Under the pieces are notes generated by a model. The model had not been told where the DNA came from. It saw nothing but the letters and a program-made list of their open reading frames with translations, and did not search any database. 64,000 nucleotides of DNA from Amoebidium appalachense. Its lineage: Eukaryota; Protista; Ichthyosporea. A program made the position numbers and the translations under genes. Below, piece after piece: positions 1 to 56,400 of the stretch. The stretch lies in assembly GCA_963693365.1 (NCBI GenBank), contig CAVNZM010000001.1, positions 4,604,907-4,668,906 on the forward strand. The letters run 5' to 3'. Each line of letters starts with the position of its first letter. Within the stretch, counting starts at the first letter, position 1.

Positions 1-77
1 CTGTAACACCGGGGAGGAGGGGTGGCCATGGGTGGTGGTGGTGGTGCGCGCGCGTGTGTGTATGTGTGTGCGTGTGT

Positions 78-108
<31 letters not shown>

Positions 109-117
109 GCGGGGGCA

Positions 118-1610
118 AAAACCACTTTTTCAAGGGAGTACCATGTTTCCATTGTTTATCAGCATCGGGTATTCACGTTTGTTTATCTTCCCCCTTCACT
201 CTCGGATACGGAGGTTGATCACATCTGACGGTCACTTCTCCGTTCACATGCAATCATCGGTGACTTTAATTGTTCTATTGCACCGATCTCCCAAGTTCAC
301 TCCACCATCCCACTCACCGGGTTTCGTCCCTACAATAACCGTGCTCGTACCATTCAGCAGTTCTCCATTGCATGCTACCCTCGCCTTCCGCAGATTGAGG
401 CTACTGATCGTACGGACTGGTGTGCTTCCATTTGGGCATCATCCGTTCGTTTTTCTCCACTTTCCGATGTTGCGCTATCTACTGCGTCCGACCACAAGCC
501 TATTGTCATTCAAATTCCACTCCTGTTTCTCCACACACTGTTCGTGTAACTAAACGCCTTAATCCTCGCAAATTCAAGAGTGAACTCAATTGGCTTGGTA
601 TTCAAAATGCCTAAAAGGAGATTCACCTCACCCTCCTGCAGGCCGTGCAGGATGCTCGACAGCGGAGGGACCCGTATCTCCTTGAGGTATGTTATTCTCT
701 CAGAGTCTTGTTGATTTTCTATTTGAATTAGGTGGTAGTGTGGTCGGTAGTGTCGAATATCCCTATGTTCGGTTACGACCATCTCTCACCTTAGACCACT
801 TAGGCCAAACGCTTTCCCACGATTCTTGTATTTCTACTCTCAAGAGTCTACGCCGTTTTGGCCCTTCCATCACTATTACATGTAGTCCTGATAAACCCGA
901 CACCATCACTTCCACCGATGACTATTATTCCGAATTATTCCACCTTAACTCTGCTCCTTCCACGCACCCTTCATATTTTTTATTCTCAACACCACCCTCC
1001 TGGCCGATTGATTCTTCATTTCCAGGCAAATATTTGAGCTATTTTAATGCTGCGCACGTCCAACGTGCTATTTCTGCCCTAAAACCCAAAAAGGCATGTG
1101 GTCCGGATGCTCTTCCACCCGCCCTTCTTAAGGCATTGTGCTCTCCGCCCGTTATTACCAAAGGCGGGAATACGCCTCCTCCTCCACCGTTTGCATATTT
1201 GGTGAGCGAGTTCTTCTCCACCTTTTATGAGTTGGGCTTCATTCCTTCGTCGTGGAATGACACTCTTGTTAATCCAGTCCGCAAGAAGGTCTCTACTGGT
1301 CCGCGGATTTCTTCTTTTCGGCCGGTCACCTTAACCAACATATTTCGTCGCCTATTCGAGTCCTGCATATTGCGCGCCTTCCACAAGCATGAGACCTTAT
1401 CCAATGTCTTTCGATTAAGCAACATTCAGGGCGGGTTTCGGCATGCTTATTCGTGCTATGCTCATGCTCTTCTTTTACACGACACTATCCGTTCGGGATG
1501 TCGGGAGGTTTGCTTCATCGACCTTAAGAATGCCTACGACACGGTTCCGACGAATTTGCTTTGGCATAAGTTGGCGACTCGAGGGCTCCCACTTCCCTTT
1601 GGTCGAGTAC
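118..1610 (+). mobile_element. Degenerate, truncated non-LTR retrotransposon (LINE) ORF2 fragment: AP-endonuclease C-terminal half plus N-terminal half of reverse transcriptase
   Basis: Reading the frame of ORF 22..228 through its TGA gives VYLPP, IIGDFN and SDHKPI (APE motifs). ORF 689..1627 has LKPKKACGPDALP, IPSSW, SFRPVTLTNIFRRLFE, QGGFR and FIDLKNAYDTV (RT motifs). It breaks off before the YADD motif and has stops/frameshifts between the domains. Confidence 0.9.
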
Positions 1611-1659
1611 TTGAGTCGAGTACTTGAGGTCGAATACACACACACAAACACAGACACAC

Positions 1660-1695
<36 letters not shown>

Positions 1696-1717
1696 ACACG
1701 CATACACACACACGCAC

Positions 1718-1751
<34 letters not shown>

Positions 1752-1902
1752 CGAACACACACACACACACACACACACACCCACACACACACAGACCCAC
1801 ACACACACCTACACCTACACCTACACTAAAAAATTGTGGAACAGGCGCCACACCCTGGTGTAAGGCCGTTCTAACGTGAGGGTTCAATGTTAGCAGGCAT
1901 GC

Positions 1903-5842
<3,940 letters not shown>

Positions 5843-6660
5843 GTAAATATGGTTTCCTGAATTTGACCTCCCCCGATTCTTGTTTCTTATTATTTTCCTT
5901 CTTAAATCAGACTTCTCCCGCATAGACTGGCATCGTATTGGAGCACCTGATGGGCCCATTTTTTTGTATCACTTGGTTGTAATGTATGTATAGTCCTTGA
6001 ATCCCCAGCCTGTTAATGGGTATGAATGTGTATAGGTCTACTGTAAGTACATGTACATGTCTGTTTTTTTATTGCCTCTATCAACCTGTTGGCCTGCATG
6101 TGGTTGCTTGGGTACCGGTAGACGTTTGCCTTCTGGTGCAATATTGGTGAAGGCCAAATTTTTCTAGCGTATTTGATGAATTTTCTTTCCGAATCTTATT
6201 AGTATATCACACTGTGCCGCTACTCACCATTCTGTATGAATGAAGGAACTTGCTTGCTGGAGCCAAAGTGCCCGGCTGCAATCGTCTCCCCCCCCCCCCC
6301 CCCCCCCCCCTCCCCATCTTCCCCCGGGGCCCCCCTGCCCCATCCCTCCCGATCATGATATCAAAAGCCTCAGGGCCCCCCAGGGCCTCGAAAAGAACCC
6401 CGGTACATCCTCTTATCATCCCATATGGACACTCACACATCAAAACCTGCGGAAACGTGCACACTTGTCACACCGGAACACACACACAGTTTTACTCCGC
6501 ACTGTCCGACCTCCCGGCGCGCATTCCCCCCCCCCCCCCCCCCCCCCCCCTCCCCCAGTCCAACCCTCCCCCCCCCCCCCCCTCCCCCCCCCCCCCCCCT
6601 CCCCCAGCCCCCTTCGTCCCTCCCCCCCGAGCTCTTTTCCACCTCTTCCCCAGTGCAACT

Positions 6661-6732
<72 letters not shown>

Positions 6733-7859
6733 TTTTCCCCCGGCCTCGGGCCTGATCAGCCCACAAGATTTTGAGGACGACTTATATATATAAGATCCAC
6801 CCTCTACAACGGAACGCGTGTCAACACACCCGAAATCTAGGGACTTCTGTGCGAGATAATATATTCAAATATGTTGTTGAGCCTGTGCACACATCATGTC
6901 AGCAGACATGATGCACAATCAGATGGGAAGACTGGAAATTATCCAGATCTGCCAATAGCAAAGCCGATGCACGCTCAGAGGTAGGATGCTGGCATAGTCG
7001 CAGAACTGCTAGAGACCCGCATATCAGGTCAACCCCTGATGTGACAACGCCATAGTATCGGACACCAACGTGCACGTTTGTGAGATATGTACTGGCTGAA
7101 CCTCAATTGCGATGTACGTGCAATTGCAACCTGAGCACACGCGGAATGTTCGCATGCACATGTACTGTACCCCATACATATAATGAAAGAAATTCACGAT
7201 CACTACCACGACAGAGAAAGTCGTTTAGGGTCCTCCCGCAAAAATCTAACTAGAAGCCTAAGGGCTTCAGTATGCCCGACGACGGGAAGTGTGTACCATT
7301 TCATAGTTATTATTATTAATGGCGCAAGGCCTCGGTTTATGGGGAAGCTAAGTGGTGGAGGCCGGGGAGGGAGGATGGCCATGGAGCGCCACGGTGGCAC
7401 GCATGTGCGCGCTTATACTCCCAAAATAACTGCTTGTTTTGAGATACGCCTACGGGAAAGGAACATGCACATTCTTGCCAGCGTTTGCATGCTGCAAAAT
7501 GCAACAAGGTGCAACTATATCATGATGGCATGCATGGCAGTTAGAGTAAACGGACCAAAGTGCACTGAGTAACGTTAACGTTAACTGCCCCGTTTGCCCT
7601 TGCCCTCGCACACAGCCCCCTAAACTGTATCCCTGCGAGTTTCCCAGCCACTTCAAAATAAGCGTTTGGAGTTTGCCATTCAACATTAGCAGAAATTCTA
7701 CAATATAAAAATACTGAAGTTCATTTTTCATACGGTTCAGCGTTAATATTCGCCTTGTGACACTAGTTACAAAATTATGTAGACATTTTCCCTATACACA
7801 CCGTTGTTTTATCTGTTTATGAATTTCTCATACGCGGTATAGGAAGTACTCAAACAGAC

Positions 7860-8144
7860 GCACATGATTGGCTAAAAAATATTTAGCCTATCCATCGCAC
7901 GATGCAAATAACCGTTTATGGCAGGTGGCGCGCAAGTGAAGCGTTTAGAGCCAATCAAATGTGCTTCTGATAGATTCAAAAATGCAACTTCACAAAGTTT
8001 CAGCCAGACGTTTCTGAGTCAGCTGTGTCGCTATTTTTGCACGCCTTGCATGACTTGCATTTTGGAAGAATTCAGAGAACAGTCACAAACGTTTGTACAA
8101 AAGTTAAGTTGCTACCGTTGATCGTCTGAGACAGAAAAAGCAAG
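7860..8144 (+). promoter_or_regulatory. Putative SCAMP promoter/5' region with CCAAT boxes
   Basis: Microsatellite-free stretch upstream of the ATG with gattggct (~7866) and gccaatca (~7950). Function is inferred from position only. Confidence 0.35.
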
Positions 8145-16117
<7,973 letters not shown>

Positions 16118-16967
16118 GAATACCCTCAGCACAGAAGCCGTCATTTTTGCACTTGTAGAAATCGATAGCGAGGAGTCTTGCCCATGCGCACGCGTGTGCG
16201 CGTGAGTAGATGGGTGGGTGGGTGGGGGTGGGGGGGGGGGGGGGGGGGGGGGCGTTGGCGTTGGCGGTGGCGGTGGCGGTGGGGATGGTTTGGGTGTGTG
16301 TGTGGGGGGGGGGGGGGGGGGGGGGGATGGGATGATAGAAGACCGGAAAGTGTGTCAGCACAACTTCGGTAACTGTGTGTTAATTTAGAATGGGAACTGG
16401 TGCGTGTGTGTGTGTGTGTGTGTGTTTGGGGGAAGGGGGGGGGGGGGGGGGCTCGTTTTAATCCGCACGCCGTACTGTAACATGAAATTGGGACAATGGT
16501 TTTAGTAAGTTGAACACAATATAGTTATCTACTTAAGACCATTTTTTTCACCTTTTGTCCTGAAAATACCATGGTCTGGATACCATGACATTGCCGCTTA
16601 TAATACATGAGCAGATATAAATTTAAGTCTTCGAGTTTTAGATCGTAACCGTTTCAACTACATATATATACGTATATACTGTTAGCTCACGGTACGTACC
16701 GGAGCAGCAATAAATATTATGAATTTTCTCACTCCTAGCAAACCATGGCCAAGCTTGAGTGCTCTTTTTTTTTTTTTTTTTTTTTGCTTGTATGCGTACG
16801 TAGGTGTGGTGGGTTGCAATTGGTTATATTCCGTATGTGGTGCACGTACATACACGAGGAAACCGCGGCAAACGAATGAGAACAGAGGAAGTTTTAGTTT
16901 CACACTGGCGCTTTATTAGTATCTTAGTGCTACACAGTGCACTGCCCTCAAGGACATGTATGTGTGT

Positions 16968-17010
<43 letters not shown>

Positions 17011-17220
17011 AACGTTAAATGTACACGTGTTTTGAGTCTGCGTATGTATGACCGCCCATGTACTGCACGTCCATGCTCTTGAGAAAGTGTTTGTGTGCGT
17101 GTCACGCCCTCTCTTTGTATTCATATTTGAAAAACTCCTAGAGCATGTCATGATGTACTCCGCCTTTGTTTTGTTTGTGAAAATATCACGTGCGGATAAT
17201 AGATCTAACCAGCTACCGGT

Positions 17221-17399
17221 GCCACCTCCAATTCGTGAAGCCAGTGTATTGTATTAAGACTATTTTTTATTAGTTATATATATTTTTTGCGTGCCGTTCA
17301 AAAAATATATTTTTTTCTTAACCGGCGCGCAAAAAATATTGTAGAACTAATAATAAATAGTCTCAATACAATACAGTGGCTTCACGAATTGGAGGTGGC
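17221..17399. mobile_element. 179-bp near-perfect palindrome (foldback/MITE-like)
   Basis: gccacctccaattcgtgaagcca at the left end is the exact reverse complement of tggcttcacgaattggaggtggc at the right end. Pairing continues with few mismatches to the centre aaaaaata/tatttttt. Confidence 0.8.
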
Positions 17400-17609
17400 G
17401 TCTAGATTTGGAGGGTACCGGTTGCCCTATTTATAGTCTCCAAGGCTTTGTAGCCGCTGGCTTACGTAAGTGGCCTGGGCCGGCCCTACTACGCTGCGGG
17501 GACATACAAGATGATGCCGCACGAAGACAGCACTCAAAGTGATATGTCGTTTCAGTTGTGAGCCACCTTCCTGTTTCGACCAATCAAATCCACATAGGCG
17601 GGAACTTGA

Positions 17610-17981
17610 CAGGGGTGTGGCGACTTGACTTCAAGTCGCCACTTGAAGTCACAAAGCATCTGACTTCCATAAAGTCAAGTCAAGTCACGAGGCCTGAGAT
17701 AATAGTGACTTTAGGGGGGAGGGGGGCTTGGGGCGGGGAAGCATATTGCGTAAGAGGGTTGGTTGGAAGTGGGGGCGCAATGCACGCCCGTGGCCACTGG
17801 CCGGGGGGGGGGGGTTTACACACTGTATTGCGTGGACCCCCCCACTGGCCGGCGGGCCGAGGAGTTACTAAAAATAGTAGTCATCCAAGTCGCGACTTTA
17901 AAGTCAAGTCAAGTCATCGAACCCAGCAAAAAATTATAAATATAAGTCAAGTCAAGTCGTTGAGGCTCTGCCACACCCCTG
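17610..17981. mobile_element. Non-autonomous hAT element (MITE), 372 bp
   Basis: TIR caggggtgtggc...gccacacccctg, 8-bp TSD gaacttga (17602-17609 and 17982-17989), and reiterated aagtc/gactt subterminal motifs. Confidence 0.92.
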
Positions 17982-18409
17982 GAACTTGAACCCGCGCTCG
18001 AGAGCCAGCGCTGCCAACTTGCCAAGCCTTTTGCCGTCCGAGTCTCACTTGAAGTTCTAAGTTGGCCTACCGTGCCGTTAGGCAAGTACCGCGTGCACAC
18101 GCTCCACAAACCATGGTCAGCAGTCTTTTTGGTGAACTATTGGCGTCACACCTGTAGCTGTACTATGACAGCACCCTCTATATACGAGCGCTGAGCTTTG
18201 CCTTTCAAGGGGGTTTCCAACAAGGCCTCGGATAGATAAGGAGGCCTTGGTTTCCAATCCTTCGTTCTTCTGTACTTGGCTTGTGGTACCATGACCTCTC
18301 TATGATGTTAATATTATTATTACGGCGATCAATCAAGGCTAAAGCATCTAACACCTTATCTTCAGCTGGTATGGAATGAGAACAAGCGTGATCATTGATT
18401 TTTAACAAA

Positions 18410-45108
<26,699 letters not shown>

Positions 45109-45452
45109 TGTATTATTGTCATAACTATGGTGAAAGTTCATTAACTATGTAATTTTATGACATAAATTTTAATGTCGTATGTTTGATGCATGAAGATGGC
45201 CTTGTTGCAATAACATTGATTGCTCAACACCAAATACCATTTATTTCGACAACCCATTTAAGAGCTGGTTAACTTTGGTGGAACTAAATTTCAGGTTTAG
45301 CGCTTTGGGCTTAAAACCGGTTTACATTTGAAGTTAGACAGGTGTGTATTCTTTTCTGCACGAATGATTAGGGATCATGTAATTGCTGTACCAACTCCAA
45401 CGTCCAAAGAATACTTCAATGGCAATGTTGAACTTCCCGCCCTCCCCCCATC

Positions 45453-45488
<36 letters not shown>

Positions 45489-45638
45489 CCCACCCACCCA
45501 CCACCACCACCACCATCTCCTCCTCCTCCTCCTCCTCCCCCCACCTCTCAACCCCAACCGTGTTATGCACACGGGGCGAGAGAGAGACGGAGACGGAGAG
45601 GGGGAGGGGCCGGGGGGAACACAAACAAACACACACAC

Positions 45639-45713
<75 letters not shown>

Positions 45714-46243
45714 TATAGCACATTTGAAACTGCGCACCAACGCTATAATTTCTTAATATACAGTCGACTACGCATGCAAAGAGGTTTTGTGATTCCTCTC
45801 CCCAAACCCCCCCCTTTTTTTTTACATGACACATCATTCTTTTCCCTGCATTCTATCGGAAATCGGTAAAAATTTGCCCTGTATTCTATCCCCCCCCCCC
45901 CCCCCCCCCTCCCCCCCCCCCCCCCCCCCCCCCCCTCCCTCCCCCCCGTTTTTTTCTCGCTTGCCACCTCATTCTTTGCCCTGTATTCTATCCCCCCCCC
46001 CCCCCCCCCCTCTCCTTTCTCCTTCCCCCTTTTTTTCTCTCACTCGCCACATCATTCTTTGCCGTTAGATAGATTCTATCCCCCCCCCCCCCCCCCCTCT
46101 CCCCCCCACACACACACACACACACACACACGATCATAACTTATTTGTACGGCAGATGACCCCCTAAACTAATCAATTAATCAAAGATTGTTGTCGAAAC
46201 ACGGTAACGCACCAACTTGACTTGGAGTGTGACTGCTCTACAG

Positions 46244-46566
46244 CAGAGATGGAGCGGTCGTCAGCCCGGACTAGCCCGAAAAGCATTCGGGTTGGTGCTG
46301 ACTAGCCCAGCCCGGAAACTCAACGGGTTGGGCTAGGGGTGTTTGGGCTGGGACCCCCCTGTAACCCCCCCCTCACCCACCATATAGCAACCCCCCAGGA
46401 GACCAAAACCCCTCCTAAAACCCCCCTCCTTATATGTCGTTTGCGCAAACAGACCTGCCACATATGGTAGGTCAGCTGGCCCAACCCAACCCATTTCCAG
46501 CCCGAAACTTTTGCGGGTTGGGCTGACCCAGCCCAGACTGGCCCAAAACCCGCCGCACCATCTCTG
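46244..46566. mobile_element. Non-autonomous hAT element (MITE), 323 bp
   Basis: TIR cagagatggagcgg...ccgcaccatctctg, 8-bp TSD ctctacag (46236-46243 and 46567-46574), and subterminal agccc/gggct motifs. Confidence 0.92.
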
Positions 46567-47930
46567 CTCTACAGTAGAAGGTGACTAGAAGCGCACGTAC
46601 GGTTGCAAAGCCTCGGTCTGCGCATGCATTACCACACACAATTTGCGTGCGAAAATGTTAGGCTGGTCCATATCTCTCTTTTCTTAGGTGCTAGCACAGA
46701 GCGCTATTACATTACACAACTAAGTGCATTTTGATGATTAGTTGGTCCTGAAAAATAGTTTGCTGTTGGAGCCTACAGTGCTTTTGTGCAAAAATATGCA
46801 CTCTTTTCAGGTGAACACCGACTTGTTATCTAACTTAGAATTGCTAAGAAACATTAATAGTTGTACTAGCTACCACTGCTTTATGGTTAACGTTGTCACA
46901 GTGGACACGGTACTAGAATTAGTGAACAAGATTGTGTTGACCTGGTGTCCATTTCTTCAGCTGGACTGTCCGCACCCTTCTTCACCCCCCAAGGGGGTCA
47001 CGGTAGTGTTCTTTATTTAATGTGACGATTTGATGGTCATCGCAACTGAGCATACAAGAGTGAACAGGGAGAGAAGATGGTGGGGCAAATATCATACCAC
47101 TTCAACTAACGCACTGCCCGGCTTTGGCTCATGCGATCATGATATAAAAAGGCTCAGTCAAACAAGCCTTGATTCATAGGGCCACTTCCCAACTCCTTTG
47201 GTAAATATACTCATCATTGATTAATGGTTTCATATATTTAAAGCGGCACTCCTTTGTATCCGGATCAACTTTTCCGTGGCCGTGCTCGTAGTCTAACAGG
47301 CTACCGTCCGCAAAACTAGTACTCTCCCTCATCCCACACAGAGTAGAAACCGTGAAAAAGGGAAAGCGGGGTCCAAAATAGTACTAGAACAACCTGGAAA
47401 ATGACACAAAAGTGTGTGCTTGTTCTTCTTGCCTCAACCTCCTTCACCCTCTGTGTGGGTCCGTGGTTGGTACGAGCAGCCACATCTTGTCCATCCGTTA
47501 ACCCTCCGTTCTGCCTTAACGGGTTGGAAGTCGCAACAGAAACCGGCAGAAGGTGCATATGTTCGTCTACGTATATGGACACACAGATGAACGATAATTC
47601 TCCGTGCCACTGCAAAGACCAAATCCCGTTCTATGAGTTGAATGTCGATTATGTAATCGGAGGCGCAAGTTCAGAGGCGATTAGGTTGGAGTCTGTTCTG
47701 GATGATGAAACCCCCTCTGGACGTGAGGTTGACGGGAATGTACGAGTGAGAGTGATTATGGGACCGCTTCTGGCTCCTGTAATCTACTAAAAAGCTCTCT
47801 ACTCTTTACAGACACACCCACGCCCAGACGCACACGCCCAGCACGAAGTTTAGCACACGTCTCCTCACTCGCTAGGCAATGTTCTGGCCAAAAAAGAAGA
47901 AAGAAACGGTTGGGAAAAAGTCAAACATAA

Positions 47931-48313
47931 TGTTGGTTTTTATCAGAATAAATGTGGAGCAGAGGCAGGATTCGGTCCTGTGGCCTCTGTAAGAGAATCA
48001 CTTCTACATAGCGGATCGAGAGTAGCCTAGTACGCAGGAAGTGGTTTGAGACCTCGGATCCTCCGGTACCATCTGAGTATGGTCCGGCTGCTTTATATAC
48101 CTGAGCGATGCCAGTCCGCGAATACATCGTCCAATAGGATTACAGATAGTCTCTCAGGATAGATCGGGATTATGTACTAGCCAATAGGAAGACAGTTATG
48201 GTTCTTGTGTGCGGCCCGGAGGCGGTCCCCAAGTACGTGGGGGCGGGATAGGCGGGAACAGGCCAAGTACGTAACTGGGAAGAGCAGGAATAAACATGTA
48301 GACTATTCTATCA
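47931..48313 (-). mobile_element. Solo-LTR-like insertion, 383 bp
   Basis: Bounded by TG...CA and flanked by the direct repeat (ca)taa. On the minus strand CCAAT motifs precede TATATAAAG (48091-48099). Removing the insert restores an open exon. Confidence 0.6.
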
Positions 48314-48601
48314 TAACAGTTTTCGATCTGGCACTTCCTGCAAACAAGACACACGGCACGCATCGGCTCACGCCGTCACCCATCCAATATCTTTTATTTT
48401 CATTATATTTTTTTTTGTTGTTGTTGTTGGGGGGGGGGGGGGGGGGAGGGGGGGGGAGGGGGTCCCATGGCGGCGAGGGGGGGGGGGGGGGGGGGGGGGT
48501 TTGGGTATCACGTAGACCGCCTTGCGCACACACGCACACCTACACATGCACACACGGCGTGCTCGCACGGACGCACGCACCCACGCACCCACGCACCCAC
48601 C

Positions 48602-48657
<56 letters not shown>

Positions 48658-48661
48658 GTGA

Positions 48662-48789
<128 letters not shown>

Positions 48790-48940
48790 CACATGCACAC
48801 ACACACAAACAAACACACGGCGCGCGCGTGCGCGCAAATATTGCACAGCGTCACCTATATGCACAAAGGCGCACCAAGAAAAACTAACCCCTTCCCCCCC
48901 TCTCACCTCCGGCACTCCCCTCCCCTCCCCTCCCTCCCCT

Positions 48941-48973
<33 letters not shown>

Positions 48974-49489
48974 GAGCCCCTCCGGCACCCCCCTCCCCTC
49001 CCCCTCCCTCGGTCCCCACCCACCCCCCGCCTCCCCCCCAAAAAAAGAAGAAGAAGATGAAAGGAAAGGGGAAAAACATGTTGTAACCCGGATGTGATAG
49101 GTGCATTGTGATATTAGACATCTCGTTTGGTCATGATATCTTGAGGGTGTTTCGAAGCGGCTCATTATTAGAAATGAAATTCGAAGAGTAATGTGTTGGT
49201 GGTTGCATATCATGTAAATCCATGTCCTGCTGCCCTTTTGAACGTCAACTACCCACGAAAAGAAACACATGCAAATCCAATTGGGTATGTGCAACCGCCA
49301 CTAACCTAAAATTCGGTGCAGCTCCAAGCCACACAGTTTTTTGGCAACCGCAACTACACTGAATTTCGATTGGGTCCCCCAAATGACAGCTCCCTAGCCA
49401 CGGTTTGGGGAGACATTGGGTGTGGTCCGGCCGATTTCACTAACCTGAGAACGACCACAACCGCCCAATCAGAGGGGGAAAGCTTTGTT

Positions 49490-49553
49490 TTTGCAGTGTC
49501 CATAATTTGCAGTGTCCATAATTTGCAGTGTCCATAATTTGCAGTGTCCATAA
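49490..49553. repeat. 16-bp tandem repeat x4 (tttgcagtgtccataa) inside an exon
   Basis: Four perfect copies; they introduce an in-frame TAA at 49535-49537. Confidence 0.95.
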
Positions 49554-50230
49554 ACAAGTTGGCGTCAACATGTAAGATGGAAATGGCAAGCCCCCCCCCT
49601 CCCCGGGGGGGGGGGGTTGTTTTTTCCCATTCCTCCCACTCCCCCCCCCCCCCCCCTCCCCCCCCCCCCCCCCCCCCCCTTCCAAGCCGATTGCCGTTCT
49701 GTCTGGCTGCTTTTTTAATATATACTCGTTTTTGCTGCTCATTTTCCCTCTACTGTCAGCAGAAACCCGGGTCAGGGGACCAGAGCAACTACCTTGTGTT
49801 TAGGGGGACTGTGCTGGTTCGCACCCGCGAGAAGATCAGCATGCCCACTATGAAGATGATGGATCCCACAAAAAGGTTCCAGCTGCTCTCGTTTCCCATC
49901 AACTTACTTGTTCGCCGTGCGTATTCACTCAAGGCCTCCCAGGACAACGTAACCCCCCCCCCCCCCCCCCCCCCCCCCTTCAAAAAAAAAAGAACCAAAC
50001 CCCAACTCCAGCTGCTTCTCCCCAGCTTCTTGACCAACCATCATTCACAGTGACACCGCCCTATTTATATTATTAACAATTACATCCGTTCGTCTCGTTC
50101 TCTCAGTTTCCCCCCCTTCCCCCTCGCGACTATAGCTTCTTCAAATAAAAAGCCTGAATGTTGGTTGCATGACGACGTGCGCTTTCGTGCATGCATATTA
50201 ATATCAAGTGTATGATTGTGAGTGTGTCTA

Positions 50231-50264
<34 letters not shown>

Positions 50265-50350
50265 GTGTGCGTGTGTGTGTGTTGGGGGGGGGGGGGGGGG
50301 GGCAGGTGTGGGTGTGGGCGTGGGTGTGGGTGTGGGTGTGGGTGCCTGTA

Positions 50351-50431
<81 letters not shown>

Positions 50432-50576
50432 TGTTATTTTGACGCGTGTGTGTGTGTGAGTGTGTGTGGTGTTATTTTGAGGCATGTGTGTGTGTGTGCC
50501 TGCCTGTTGCTGTATGTGCACAGCAGATGCCTTTGTTTCCGCTGTCCAAGTGTTCACACGTACACCTGTGTGTGTA

Positions 50577-50978
50577 CAGTCACCGCGCGTTATAGCGCCC
50601 CCAGTATACAGCGCCCCCCTAAATATAGCGCCCCCAGTATACAGCGCCCCCCTAAATATAGCGCCCCCCCCGCGATGTCACCAATCGACTCCACCATTGA
50701 ATCTATACTTAGAAGGCACCCTGTATAGCGCCCCCCACGATATAGCGTATAACGCCCCCAGCGAATGGAAAGCTAACATATGAACCTATAAGAAAAAGCG
50801 ATGCGATATAGCGTCCCCACTCATCAGGGAGACCCCTAAGATCATTAGTAAGATGGTTGTTTCGATTGAAAATTTGAGGGTGTGGGGGGCATGTGGGGGC
50901 TGTGGTTGTGGTGGTTGTGGTGGTTCTCACGCCCACCCGGAGTGTGACCAGGGGGGGTGTTATATCGAGCGGTGACTG
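50577..50978. mobile_element. Tc1/mariner (pogo/Tigger-like) MITE, 402 bp
   Basis: TA TSD on both sides, TIR cagtcaccgcgcgttata...tatatcgagcggtgactg, and reiterated tatagcgcccc subterminal motifs. Confidence 0.88.
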
Positions 50979-51039
50979 TAATGCCTATGCGTGTGTGTGC
51001 ATGTGTGGCTGTTCATGTGTGCTTTCGTGCACATGCATA

Positions 51040-56400
<5,361 letters not shown>

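Noticed and set aside
7201-7560. CACTA-like terminus (cactaccacg) and the 129-aa ORF 7183..7572
   Set aside because: I found no matching opposite TIR, no TSD and no recognisable protein motif.
47932-48319. LTR-like insert acting as a newly gained GT-AG intron
   Set aside because: Splicing it out leaves a net -2 nt change relative to the empty site, so it is not frame-neutral, and the gene has a second lesion downstream.
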